Shown piece by piece: positions 39,171 through 52,990 of a DNA stretch of 64,000 bases (positions within the stretch are counted from its first letter, which is position 1; each line of letters starts with the position of its first letter). The position numbers were made by a program, and so were the translations under genes. The DNA is from Paraspadella gotoi (lineage: Eukaryota; Animalia; Chaetognatha). Below the pieces are notes generated by a model. That model searched no databases, was not told where the DNA came from, and worked only from the letters and a program-made list of their open reading frames with translations. Where the stretch lies: contig CM119268.1 in assembly GCA_051294375.1 (NCBI GenBank), positions 19,623,934 to 19,687,933 on the forward strand. Reading direction: 5' to 3'.

Positions 39171-40900
39171 TTTTTATCCAGCCATGACCGGCGAAGCCGG
39201 TTCAGGCTTGATATTGATTCGGGTGAGCTTCTTTGTGACATAGTCGTCGTCGTCGTCGTCGTCGTCGTCCGTGTCGTCGTCGTCGTCGCGCGTCACGCTG
39301 TTTTTAAAAAAAAACTACTACGCTTTTTATAGGTTTGGCTGTGACTTACCGTTTTTTTTAAATAAAAATTATTATGAATTATGATAAAGTTTTACAAAAG
39401 TGTGCATTCATAGTAAGTTAAAAATTTAGATATGGCTTTTCATCTGAAATAGCTTTGATATTTTCTTATTACATTTGGATTTAAGTATTTTTTGTTTGAA
39501 TTTCCACTTCATTATGATTTACTGCAATATGCAAATGAGATTATAGTACTCATTATCATATCCAAATTAGTACATAGAAATGCTTTAATCTAATTTACAT
39601 ATTGCAGTATATAATATTGAAGATGAAATTCAAAAATTTTTTTTTAAATCTCTAATAAAATGGGAACTCAAAATAACTTTTTTAATGAGAAGCTATATCT
39701 TAATTTTAATACAAATAAAAATAAAATCTTTTACAAGCTGCGATTGGAAAAAATTGGAAAAATTTCCAATGTAAACCATTGTAACATTTTTTGTCTTTCT
39801 TTTATTTTCTTTTATTTCTTTATCTTTTTATTTCAGTTCTGCTCACTGACGTTACAGCGGCCTTCAAGCAGCTGTCCAGCTTTGTCTCTTCTTTCTCTTC
39901 TTTCTGTCTCTTTCTCTTTTACGATCTCTTGCGTGATCGTTCTTTTTTTGAAAAATTATGATTATGTTTTTTTTCTTAAAACTTTTATTCGGGGCTTTTT
40001 TCTCAATACAAAATCCCAAATTTACATCCGAGATTTTCGTGGATACATTTAAAAAAGTGAAGAATAACTTATATTGACATGCATTGCCACATGTAAATCA
40101 GCTAATGTGACTTATTATATATGCAGCACTTTCGCCCGAACAATAATGCATTACATATTTAAAAAAAATAAATTTGTATTTATTTATTATTGTAACTTTG
40201 AACCGGTTGCCCACTATTGGCAAATTATATCTAAAATAGGAGTTGATAAGAGAGATATAGTCAAAATTAAACATTACTTTTTTTGTATTTCTGATAATTT
40301 ATACTATTATTAAATTATAAATATTTTTAGTGTATATATTTAATCATTTTTATCTTTTTTTTAAATAATAATTATTTGAGTTGTGATAACTATTTATAAA
40401 TTAATTAAATATGCAAATATAAAATTTGACCTCGGTCTGGTTTTCTCTAAAAAAAGAACAATCAAAAATTTCATTCAAGATTAAAATTTTTTAAAATTAG
40501 GAAAAAAAAAATATTTGGAAGTCAAATATCATAGTCGTTAACAGAGTATTTTCAACTATATATTTTGTTAATAGGGATTATAATTTTTGGATCATTATTA
40601 TTAAAAGAGTTTAGCTTTATCAAGTTTTTTTCTTCTGAATAGGGGTAGCCCCTCTCAATGGTGTGAATCAAAAATTTAGTATGGGAACATGCTCAAACGA
40701 AAATTTATGCATTTTAAGTTTACTTTCAATTACAAAAAAATTTCTTATATTGGCTCTATACCCAAATATTTATTTTGTAATATATTTTTTATAGAAAGGA
40801 AAAGAGTTCGTCCCTACTCATATTCGTCGGAAAATGAGTTCAGCTCTGCAGCGGCGGTCCAGCGGCGGTCCAGCGACTGTCCAGCTTCTCTCTCTCTCTT

Positions 40901-40951
<51 letters not shown>

Positions 40952-41121
40952 CTTTCTAAAAACTTTTATTATCGCCATTTATTCCGCGCTTTTTTCTCAA
41001 TACAAAATCCCAAATTTACATCCGAGATTTCGTGGATTTTTTCCCTAAAAATTCTGATTATTCTTTATATAAACGAGAGAGACCTAATAATGCGTTTCGT
41101 TTGGCCGGGAAAACTGTCCAG

Positions 41122-41155
<34 letters not shown>

Positions 41156-41285
41156 TTTCACTCATACACGCATTTGTTTGTTTTATTTACGATGAATGAT
41201 TCATGCGCGTCAAATGAATGACTATCATCGCATCAATGAATGACTATCATCATGGCTTGATCCTTATGCTTTTAAGATTTTTTTA
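39171..41285 (+). mobile_element. HINE-2, full length
   Basis: 5' hairpin agccatgaccggcgaagccggttcaggct plus (GTC)n. 3' end GGCTTGATccttatgcttttaagattttt. Confidence 0.8.
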
Positions 41286-42449
41286 ATTGGATCTGCTTAT
41301 CGCTTCCCAACTCTATAATTCACTTCGTCGGTCCGCCTGTCCACCCCTCAATCTTGTCAGTCATTCAGTTAATGTCAGAACATCAAATCATGAAAAATTA
41401 TTCAAAAAAATTATGTCTGTCCGTCCGTCCGTCTGTCCGTCCGTCCGTCCGTCCGTCTGTCTGTCGGTCTGTCCGTCCATCCCCCCTCAAAAAACTCCAA
41501 TTACTCGTGATTGGATGGGTGGACTAGAATAAAATTTTGTGTGTGGTTAGGAAAGTGTGTGATGGAGCTGGATATAAAGGTTCGATGGAATTGTACGAGT
41601 TGAAATGAGTTTAAATAAAAAAAACAAGTCACATTTACTTAATTTTTTTTATTAATTTTAACCCATAGTTACTTTAATTATTATTAATTGGATGGAAAGA
41701 TTGAGATAAAATTTTTAATGTGGGTAGGAAAGTGTGTGATTTAATTAGATATAAAGTTTCGATGGAATCTTGCAAGCAAAAATGAAAAAAAAAGTAACAT
41801 AAACTTTTAAGTGTTTTAAGCTTCTCTCTTGCTCTTTCTCTTTCACTTGCTGTCTCTCTCTCTCTCTAATACCCTATCTCTGCAGGTAAAAAAAGATGTA
41901 AGTTGAAAAAATGATAAAAGTGAAAAAATGATCTAAGTTGAAAAAATTATGAAAATTGAAAAAACGATGCAAGTTAAAAAATAATGCTAGTTGAAAAAAT
42001 GATGCAAGCTAAAATATGATGCAAGTTTAAAAAATTATGTGAATTAAAAAAATTGAGAGTTAAAAAAATTATTCGAGTTGAAAAAATTATGCTAGTTGAA
42101 AAAATGATGCAAGGTAAAATATGATGCAAGTTGAAAACATTATGTGAATTAAAAAAATTATGTGAGTTAAAAAAATTATGTGAGTTTTAAAAATTATGCT
42201 AGTTGAAAAAATGATGCATGTTAAAAAAATGATGCAAATTGCAAAAAAATTATGCAAGTTGAAAAAATTATGCAAGTTGAAGTTTGTAAGTTTTTGTACC
42301 ATAGTAACAGTTCAGTTTAATCCCTTGCAAGAGATCAGTTTGGATCACAATTGAAAGAAGAATCGTGAATTATCATCTGATTACCTGATTACCGCTTAAT
42401 TAGTTATCGTCGGCAGTTCCGACATTGTTTGCTCAAACTTGTTTTTTTG
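41286..42449 (+). mobile_element. HINE-1 variant with an expanded 17-bp array, abutting the HINE-2 3' end
   Basis: Degenerate 5' subTIR, (GTCC)n, and 3' end ggcagttccgacattgtttgctcaaacttgttttt. Confidence 0.7.
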
Positions 42450-43861
42450 AAAACTGCGCGAATATTCTCTTTAATATTTTTTTTCATTATCATATTTTTT
42501 TCCCTTTATGATAACGGCAGCATACAATTTTCAGTTCCATTAGCGAACTTTTTTTTACTCGTCGTTGTTCTTTTGTTGTTCGCGAGTTTGTTTACACCCC
42601 GAAGAAACGAAATTTCGGAAAATCATTAAGTTTTGCATAATCGAGTTTTTTTGTTTTGGAATTTTTTTTCTACCTTGGCAAAAAAACAGCGTCATGAGTT
42701 TTTTATGTTCTATATTCCGTCAAAAAAAACATGTCACGAACTTTTGTCAGGAGCTGTCACAAAGTTAGAAAAGTGAGAGAAAGTATGAGGAAAAAGTTTT
42801 TTTTTCGTACGCTTACTTATCTTTTTTTTCTTTTAAATTGGATCGACTCAATACTTTGAGTTCCATCTCTATACTCGTCAAAAATCGTTTTTCCTCGCGA
42901 TGGCGAATTTGGCAAGAAACCAGAATATGAACGGAACGAGAAAGGAAAGAACGAAGGTGATAAAGAAAAGAACAATAGGCGAATATAGAAGAACAAAAAT
43001 AAAAAAGGAAAGAACAAATGACAGAACGGTAAGAACATTGTTAAGAAAGGAAAGAACAAAAGACAGAAAGATAAAACCAAAAGTAAAAAAGATAAAACGT
43101 AATGACAGAAAGATATGAACATCGTTAAAAAAGAAAATAACAAAGGAAAGAAAAAAAAGAATAAAAGACAGATTAGGATACGGAAAGAAAAGAATATAGA
43201 GGAAAAAGGAGAGAACAAAAGACTCAGAGAGACAACAAAGGTAAAAAAAGAAGAGAACAAAAGACAGAAAGAGAAGAACGATGACTCTCTCAGTAAAACT
43301 CGTACTAAGGTTCAGACATCCATTAATGCAAACTAGTACAACTGAACGTCGATGGTGACGACGACGACACTGATGATGATGATGATGACGAAAATGATTG
43401 TAAATATCGACGATCATCTTCGACATCTACTTTCTATACATATACAATGTCAATAACGAACTGACAAACATGGTATTATCGTCGACGATGACGATGGCTC
43501 TGAACACTTTTACAATGTCAATAATGAACTGACAAAGATGGCATTATCGCCGACAACGACGATGAAACTAATAGGGACGACGAGAAGTTCTCATGAGAGA
43601 CAAGATACACAAGAGAATTCACGGCTTTTCCTCTTTTTCACTCGTCATCGACCACGCCTCATCTATAAAGACGTCTCCCTGACGCAGTAGTCACACACTA
43701 TCTATAAAGACAGTCACCCTAAGACTCATTTCATCTATACAAACCGTCATCACATCATCTATAAAGACTCTTAGACACACCTCCTCTCTAAAGACCGTCA
43801 ACCTTAGGCACACATCATCTATAAAGACAGAGACCCTTAGGAAGACCTTATCTATAAAGAT

Positions 43862-44472
43862 TAAGGCGTAGTGAAAGTTACATACGAAAATTCTAAAAGT
43901 CAATTATGAACAACATACCATCAGTGAACATTCATTTGTAAAAAAAAATAATTTTATGTTTTTTAATTTTCGCAGTAGGCTATATTTATATATAGTACTA
44001 TCCTTATAAAATCAAAAAAATTCAAAATATGCTTTTCTTAATTTTGATTGCAGATTTAAATTCCTCGTCAAAAGTTGATAAAAGAAAATATAAATCATTT
44101 TTAAAAATTCTTTCATTAAGTGGGTTAAAAATTAAAAAAACTATATTTAATTTATAAAGTTAATTTTCAGCTTAAAATATAGCTTTTTCTAATTTTTGAC
44201 ACACTTAATGAAGGAATTTTTCAAAAAGAGTTATATTTCTTTCTATCAACTTTCTATGACGAATCCAAATCTGCGAAAAAAATCTTAGAAAAAACTGTTT
44301 TGAAATTTTAACATTTATTGGATTAGTACTAGTATAAATATGGCCTACTGCGTAAATTGTAAAATTTATTATAAATTTTTTTATTATATAAATGTTCATT
44401 AGTATAATATTGTTCGTTCCTCACTTTTAGAATTTTAATTAATGTTAAATTTAGAAATTTTACTACGCCTTA
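43862..44472 (-). mobile_element. hAT-like MITE family A (611 bp), opposite orientation
   Basis: Same TIRs and perfect 8-bp TSD ataaagat. Interrupts a ~35-bp tctataaagac minisatellite (~43660-44700). Confidence 0.9.
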
Positions 44473-44967
44473 ATAAAGATAGATACTTTTAGAATCACCT
44501 CATCGATAAAAATCGTCACTATCACATATATATGTCACCCTTAGGAATCTATAAAGACAAGGCAGACCTCAACTTCAAAGACCTTATCCTACAAACCCCA
44601 GAAGCTCTAAAGACCGTCAACCTCCAAGAAGTCCCATCTCCAAGTACTGTCTATCCTCTAAAAAGCCTTATCTCTAAAAGCGGTCAACCCGCAACACCCG
44701 CCAATCTCGAAAAACCATCGCCCATGCCGGGCCCCATCCTCAAGGAACCCCATCCCAAGAGTATGTGTCCACTCCCTCCTAAAAGTACGCCTTCCTCCCT
44801 GCTTTACCCCTGCAGTCACGCCCCTTCCGGTTCGTTTGCATAAAACGAGGACTCTAGTGGGAAAGGCGTTTAAATCAGCGAATGTGGATGTAGCTGTTGC
44901 TGTCGCTGTAGCTTTTGCTGTAGCTGTCGCCGTGGATTTAGATGTTGCTGTAGTGTAGCAGATATAC

Positions 44968-45017
<50 letters not shown>

Positions 45018-45164
45018 GCTTGACTTTGAGATAAGGTGGGAAAAGGCAGAGGAAAAAAGATAAAGCTAAATTGCAAATGGCATGAGTAAGGATATCCCGC
45101 CCCAGAAGGATCATTAGTCTGTTTTGTTTTGTGATTAATTTTCTCACGGAACCTTTTCTCCACT

Positions 45165-45231
<67 letters not shown>

Positions 45232-45435
45232 TATGTCTTATTTTCAAAAGCGAATATTTAAATTATTTAATTTTATTTACTCAGTATTAATCGTTAATTT
45301 AGAGAAGGTTCTACGACGATCGTAGATTGTAGTACAATAACGATCTAAAAAAAAAAGGAAAATAAAAAACGACTGTCTTTAGCTTTCTTTCTTTCTATTT
45401 TTCTTTTATTTTTTTCTCTATCTTTCTTTCTTTCT

Positions 45436-45585
<150 letters not shown>

Positions 45586-46563
45586 CTTTCAGAAAATAAG
45601 GACAATTAATATTAAGGCGTAGTAAAATTTCTAAATTTAACTTTAATTAAAATTCTAAAAAGTGAGGAACGAACAACATTATACTAATGAACATTTATTA
45701 GAGTTACCCAAATTTTTAATTACACCAGATGAAGGGTCACGACTCATTTTATTAGGTTCTTTTTTGTCTGTAGAAGACATTGGGACTGATAAACCTGAAA
45801 AACTTGACCGGAAAGGAACTCTCCAGAGTTTCCAAGTGATCGAGTACTTTTGCGGTTTTTCTTTGATCGTAATCTTATATGTGAAATTAATTTAAAGGAT
45901 TTTTTTAATAAAATAATGATTAAATCAATACTTGATTTGATTTTGAAATATATTTTTGATTGTAGACTTTATAATTTTTATTAAACCTTTTATTTTTATA
46001 AATTTTATTAATAATATAATATTATATAATATAAAATATAAAGATTAGAAAGATCATTAGTTTTTGATAAAATACTTACGAAAGTTATTCCTAAATTTTG
46101 TGAAGAATAAATATTAAAAAAATAATATTTAGCAGTACTTACTAAAAATAAAATCAAAAATACACAATATTAAACTTTTAAAAACTAAAAAAAAAAAATG
46201 ATTAAAATTTATAATTATATTCTCCATAACTTTTTAACATTTTTGAGCTCTTTATGGCTTAAATTTGCGCCTTTATTACAAGAGAACTATCAATTTAGAT
46301 TAAAATTATCAATATTTTCAGAATCTGCTGAGTCTTTGCTTTTAGTAAATATCAAAAGTGTTTGGAAAATGGCCCAATTACTACTTTTGTGCCATGACAT
46401 GAGTAAATTGTTTTCTCCAAGAAATTGTAAACTTTTATTGTTTTTGAATCTACTTGGTCTTGCCTTTTATTAGATAGCTAGATTGCATATATTATTGATC
46501 AATAATTTTTGTGAATATGTATCAAACATAATAAACTAAGGGGAAAATATTATATTTAATTAG

Positions 46564-47179
46564 TAGAGTGATGTGAAAATGATGAAATTTTAGAAAATTA
46601 AAATTTAGCATATAAAACATGAACATAAAAACCATTAAAAATACTTTAGTAAATTTATTTTTTAATTTTATACATTAGTGGGTACCAGTGAGCTATATTT
46701 ATATATAATAATAAGTATATAATAGGCTAAAATTTTAAAATTATAAATTTTTAAAATTTTAAGATCGGATTTGGATTCCTTGCAAAAAGTTGCTAAAAGA
46801 AAGTATAATTCTTTTTTAAAAAATTCTTTCATTAAGTTAGTCAAAAATTTAAAAAACTATATTTAAGATACCGATTTTTAATTTCCAGCTTAAAAATATA
46901 GTTTTTTGTAATTTTAACTTTCTTAATGACATAATTTTTGAAAAAGATTTATATTTTCTTTTATCAACTTTTAACGAGGAATCTGAATCTGTTCTCAGAA
47001 TTAAAAAAAAACCATTTTGAAATTTTGACATTATATAAGGGTAGTACTATATACAAAATAAGCTGACTGGGCTACTATATTTGTAAAAAAAAAAATAACT
47101 ACAGATTAATATTCACAAATATGATAGTTTTTCAAGATATAACTGCTAAATTTCAATTCCAAACTTTCACTTCACCCTA
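46564..47179. mobile_element. hAT-like MITE family B (616 bp)
   Basis: TIRs TAGAGTGATGTGAAA and TTTCACTTCACCCTA, with perfect 8-bp TSD ttaattag. Confidence 0.85.
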
Positions 47180-47651
47180 TTAATTAGTATGGCATTAGTA
47201 TAGATTTATAAATAAGCCAAGATAAATAAGAAGTATATGTAAAAATTTATCCTGGAAATAGTTAGGTAAATAAAACTTTTCTTCCTTCTGTTTATATATT
47301 TTGACTCTTTGGTGGAGAATTTAGTGATGACCCTGAATGAGAGTGGTGTTGTTTGTAAGAAAGTAAATTAGGATATGGTAAAAGGCTTGCTGCATGGTCG
47401 AGCTGATGCGTCATTTTTTATTTTATTGCAAGTCTAAACTAGTGTTAAACTTATAATAAAACTTATTAACTACAGTTTAAGTTTATTATGCTATAGTTTA
47501 AACAGAATGATTGATTAGTTCAGAACAAATCAATCAAAACCTTCTTTCTTAAGTCAAACACAAAAAAAAGGAAAAAATTGAGGAAAAAACTGTATGAACC
47601 TAGTTTGATTGAATCTTAATATAAAAAAAAAGTAATAATTATGAGTAATGA

Positions 47652-47927
47652 AAAACAAGTTTGAGCAAACAATGTCGGATATGCCTACGATATTAATTAA
47701 TTAATTAATTAATTAATTAATTAATTAATTAATTAATTAATTAATTAATATTAATTAATTAATATTAATTAATTAATTTTAATATGTAATAATTAATTTT
47801 AAATTTTATTCAACTTATCATCATCAATTCCTTAAAATTGGGTTAGGACAGTTATTAAATAGTTTTGTTTACATTTTATCAAAACAAACAAATATCCTTT
47901 ATTTTATTTTATGTTTCCTTGTCTCTC

Positions 47928-47974
<47 letters not shown>

Positions 47975-49805
47975 ATGCAATTGCGACGATCTTTATGCTT
48001 TTAAGATTTTTTTAACTTGCATATTTTTTCACATTAATTAATTAATTAACTAATTAATTAATTAAAACGTTTATTAGTAATCATTAATATTAAAGATTCA
48101 AGTAAATGTGACTTATGTTTTTCCATCTAACTCATTTTCCACTGGCACAATTCCGTCAAAACTTTATTATAATTATTATTATATAATAAATATTTAAAAG
48201 CTTCAGTGCAACAACCCAATGAACTAAATCAAAAAGTTATATTGAAAATCGACTTAGTAGTAAAAGGAAAAAAAAATTTTAAAGAGAACTAGGAGTTATA
48301 AAAAGTGTTCAATTTTGGCCCGCCTTTCTAGATATTAGGCCGGAACAGGTTGAAAACTAAAAGTTCTCTCAAATGGTTAATGGTTAATGGTTAAACAACT
48401 ATTAAATAATATGAAAATGAAAATAATTTTTTAAAATTTTGCTTATCAATTTTTTTATAGATTCTGATAGAGCTTTAAAAGTTAGATAAAGGTTATTAAT
48501 ACAACTTTTTTTTTTTTTTAATGAAAAATTTAAAAAAATAAAATTCAGCCAATAATGATGATGATGATAATTTTTTAAGGTTTTTTCTATTTTTAACCAA
48601 TTTATTGTCAAAATTTGAAAAAAATTATAGTACTAACTTTCATTTAACTTTTTAAGCTCTACAAGAACCCGTTCTTAAAAAAATCAAATTTTTAAATTTT
48701 TTTTTTGTCTTTTGTTATATATTAATAAATATTTAAAAGCTTCAGTGCAACAACCCAATGAACTAATTCAAAAAGTTACATTGAAAATTGATTAGTAGTA
48801 GAAGGAAAAAAAAATTTTTTGAGAGAACTAGAAGTTATAAAAAGTGTTCAATTTTGGCCCGCCTCTTTCTCAAGTAAATGTAACTTATGTTTTTTCCATT
48901 TAAACTCATTTCCACTGGCACAATTCCGTCAAAACTTTATATCTAGCTTCTCAAACACACTTTCCTACCCGCTCACAAAATTTCATCTCAATCTATTATG
49001 GGTTAAAATAAGTAAAAAGATTCAAGTAAATGTGACTCATATTTTTTCATTTAAACTCATTTCCACTCGTACGTTTCCACCGAAACTTTAATCAAGCATC
49101 GTTACACATTTTTCTACCCACACAAAAATTTGAACTCAATCTATCCATCCAATTATGATTAATTAGAGTACTTATTGGTTAAGATAATTAAAAATATTTA
49201 GTAAATGCGACTTATGTTTTTTCCTCTTAAACTCACACGATTCCGTCGAAACTTTATATCCAGCTTTATCACACACTTTCCTACCCACACACAAAATTTC
49301 TTTCCAATCCAACCTGCCAATCATGAGTTATTGGAGCTTTTTGCTAAGGTGGGACGGATGGACGGATTAATTGACTGATTAATTAATTATTGATTAATTA
49401 ATTAACTAATTGATTAATTAACTGATTAATTATTTGATTATTAATACATCCTGCATATACATTTAATATAAAAGGAAAAAGAATCATAATCAATTAGTGA
49501 AACAGGTTTTTTGTTTTTTTCCATTTAAAACTCATTTCACTCAAAAGATTCCATCGAAACTTGGTTTCCTGTTCAATCACACACTTTTCTACTCACAAAA
49601 TTCCAGGTCAATCGATAATTAAGTGGTAATAAGCTAACTTGTTCAACTTGCATAATTTAATTCAACTTGCATAATTTGGTCAACAGACATAATTTGGTTA
49701 ACTGACAAAATTTGGTCTACTGACATAATTTGGTCAACTGGCATAATTGTGTCAACTTTAAGAATTTGGTCAACTGGCATATTGTTATAATTGGTATAAT
49801 TTGGT

Positions 49806-49866
<61 letters not shown>

Positions 49867-50585
49867 GAGAGAGATAGAGAGAGAGAAACTTTAAAAAATT
49901 CAAATAAATGTGTCTTTTGGTTTTCTAATTTGAACTCTTTTCCACTCCTACGATTCCATCAAAAAATTTATATCCAGCTTTATCACATACTTTCCTACCC
50001 ACACACAAAATTCCATTTCGATTTATCTATATAATTTTTAATAAACATAATAATTATGAGTAATTTAAGTAAAAATACTTCAAGTAAATATGCCTTTTGT
50101 TTTTTCCATTTTAACTCATTTCCACTCGCACGATTCCATCGAAACTTTATATCCAGCTCAATCACACACTTCCCTACCATCATACAAAATTTCAAGTCAA
50201 TTGCCCTATCTACTCATAAGCAATTGCGTTCAAATAGTGAAATATATTTTTTTTGTTTTTTCCATTTAAACCAATTTCCACTCGCACGATTCCCTCAAAC
50301 TTCATATCCATCTCAATCACACCAGTTTCCTACCCACAACAAAATTTCATACCAATCCATCCATACAATCACGAGTAATTGGAGTTTTTTGCTAAGGTGG
50401 GACGGACGGACGGACGGACAGACAGACAGACGGACGGACGGACATCTTTTTTTTGCATAATTTATCATAATTCGATGTTCTGACATGATATAAGTGTGTG
50501 CCCGACAATATTGAGGGGCGGACCGACGGACCGACAAAGTGAGTTATAGAGTCGGGATCTGCTGATAAGCAGATCCGACTAAAAA
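47652..50585 (-). mobile_element. Composite long HINE-1 in reverse orientation
   Basis: 3' stem-loop and subTIR at ~47655-47690, 5' subTIR gcagatccgactaaaaa at ~50569-50585. Contains (TTAA)n, an 18-bp array and (CAAT)n. Confidence 0.7.
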
Positions 50586-50729
50586 CTGGCAGGTTTAGTC
50601 TTATGTCGTATTTTATAAAAGAATTTCCAAAGTACAATAGAAACATATGAAGCAAATTATGTACAATGAGCCATTTAATTTGTGGTTCACTTATTATTAA
50701 AGGTTTGATATAAAAGAAAGTTTTATTCA

Positions 50730-51400
50730 GCATTAACAACGATTTTATTAATAATAAAGGTTTCGACTCTCGCTTTTATGAGTCTTCTTCAGTGGTTTGA
50801 CTCAACAGATTTCGGTTTCACAAAGATTCCCTTCCAACAAAGAATTGAAGAAAGATAGTGGTCAGAAATGAGGATAGGTTGAGGTGAGAATTAGGGAAGG
50901 AGAGAGAGTGAATAAATTTGAAACTAGTGAAAGAGAGAGAAAGTGAGAGGGAAAAATCATTATATTAAGCAAAATACAACAGAGATAGATTTAAATTATG
51001 CAAACTTAATTTTAATCTAAGTTAGAAATAGATGTAAGTAAAAATGAAATAGAAAAATAAGTGGTTAGGGATGGATAAGATAAGAGTAAGGGAAAATAAG
51101 TAAAGAAAAGAGCTCAAAATTGCCAAAATTAGTGATTTTTCCCTCTCTCTCTTACCAGTTTCAAATTTATTCACTCCCTCTCCTTCCCTATCCTCACCTT
51201 CTCTGTCCTCCCATCTATCCTTTTCTTAATTCTTTGTTGGAAACTTTCTTTCTCTCTCTCTCTCTCTCACCAACTCAATGTTTGTGAAACCAAAATCTGT
51301 TGAGTCAAACCGCTGATGAAGACTCGAAAAAGCAAGAGTCAAAATATATCCGACCTTTATTGTTGATAAAATTGTTTGTATTGCTAATTAATTCTTTTCC
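50730..51400. mobile_element. Inverted pair of Penelope/retrozyme-like terminal segments, each with a decayed hammerhead motif
   Basis: Arms ~50730-50970 and ~51120-51400 are reverse complements. Left (minus): CTGAAGA-agactc..gagtc-GAAAC. Right: CTGATGA-agactc..gagtc-AAAAT. Confidence 0.6.
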
Positions 51401-52990
51401 ATTAAATAAAAAAAATATAATGAAAAAAAGATTTAACACAAAGTTTTGACTATATTAACCTTGTATGCTTTTAATAGTACCTCACCACTTTTCAAAATAT
51501 TGACTATTTTATATTTTATAGTTAAAAGTTAGTCATATGATTGAATTTTTATATAATCACCTGCCAGCACACCTATAACATTTCATAATACATATTATCC
51601 AACATTCCTACCAAATATTATTTAAAATTATGTAGCATAAAACGAGTTATGAACATTTAAAATTTAAATCAGATAGACTGACAGAACGACAAACTTACCC
51701 ACCAACTTAGAGATAATGATTTGAAATTGCTCCCCAAATACTCGCACCCAGCTTAAAAGTTACTGATAAGTTTATCTAATAACTAAGATCTAATAACTTT
51801 AAAATAAATATTTTAAATTCCATTTCTCAAGCTTCAATTTTTGGCAAAAATAAGGATTGACTATTACTTGGAAGCTTTGGAGAGTTCCTTTCCGATCAAG
51901 TTTTTTAGGTTTTAGACAGTTTTAATGTCTTTTAAAACAAAAAAAAGAACCTATTAAAATGAGTCGTGAAATTTCATATTTAAGCCATAAAGAGCTCAAA
52001 AATTCTAAAAAGTTATGAAGAATATAATTATAAATTTTAATCATTTTTTTTAGTTTTAAAGTTTAATATTGTGTATTTTGATTTTATTTTCAGTAAGTAC
52101 TGCTAAATATTATTTTTTTAATATTTATTCTTTACAAAATTTAGGAATAACTTTTAGTAGGTATTTTATCAAAAAACTAATGATCATCTTTATATTTTTA
52201 TATTTATAATATTATATTATTAATACAATTTATTAAAATAAAAAGGTTTAATAAAAAATATAAAGTCTACATCAAAAATATATTTCAAAATCAAATCAAG
52301 TATTGATTTAATCATTATTTTATTAAAAAAATCCTTTAAATTAATTTCACATATAAGATTACGATCAAGAAAAACCGCAAAAGTACTCGATCACTTGGAA
52401 ACTCTGGAGAGTTCCTTTCCAGTCAAGTTTTTTTCAGGTTTATTCAGTCCCAATGTCTTCTACAGACAAAAAAGAACCTAATAAAATGAGTCGTGACCCT
52501 TCATCTGGTGTAATTGAAAATTTGGGTAACTCTAACATTTATGTAATAAAAATATTTATAATAAATTTTACAATTTACGCAGTAGGGCTATATTTATACT
52601 AGTACTAATCCAATAAATGTTAAAATTTCAAAAAAGTTTTTTCTATATTTTTTTTGCAGATTTGGATTCGTCATAAAAAAGTTGATAAAAATAAATATAA
52701 CTCTTTTTGAAAAATTCCTTTATTAAGTGGGTCAAAAATTAAAAAAAGCTATATTTTAAGCTGAAAATAAACTTTTTATATATTAAATATATTTTTTTTT
52801 AATTTTAAACCACTGAATGAAAGAATTTTTAAAGATTTTATAAGGATAGCACTATATATATATATACTGCAAAAATTTAAAAAACATAAAATTATTTTTT
52901 TTACAATTAATGTTTACTAATGGTATGTTGTTCATAATTGACTATTAGAATTTCCGTACGTAGCTTTCACTACGCTCTAATGAATATATG

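Larger units (their letters stand above)
45699..52534. mobile_element. Non-autonomous long-TIR DNA transposon (hAT-like termini, ~560-bp TIRs)
   Basis: Ends TAGAGTTACCCAAATTTT and AAAATTTGGGTAACTCTA. TIRs at ~45699-46264 and ~51978-52534. Perfect 8-bp TSD acatttat. No transposase ORF seen. Confidence 0.85.
45613..52979 (+). mobile_element. hAT-like MITE family A split by a 6.8 kb insertion
   Basis: The left 86 bp at 45613-45698 and the remainder at 52535-52979 reassemble the family A sequence. TSD attaatat/atgaatat (7/8 match). Confidence 0.85.

Noticed and set aside
44532-44843. 103-aa Pro-rich ORF
   Set aside because: It grades out of the ~35-bp tctataaagac minisatellite, with no domain or splice support.
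48100-48940. Direct repeats of ~145 bp and ~70 bp resembling small LTRs
   Set aside because: No TG..CA ends, primer-binding site or short TSD. More likely a local duplication within the HINE-1 copy.
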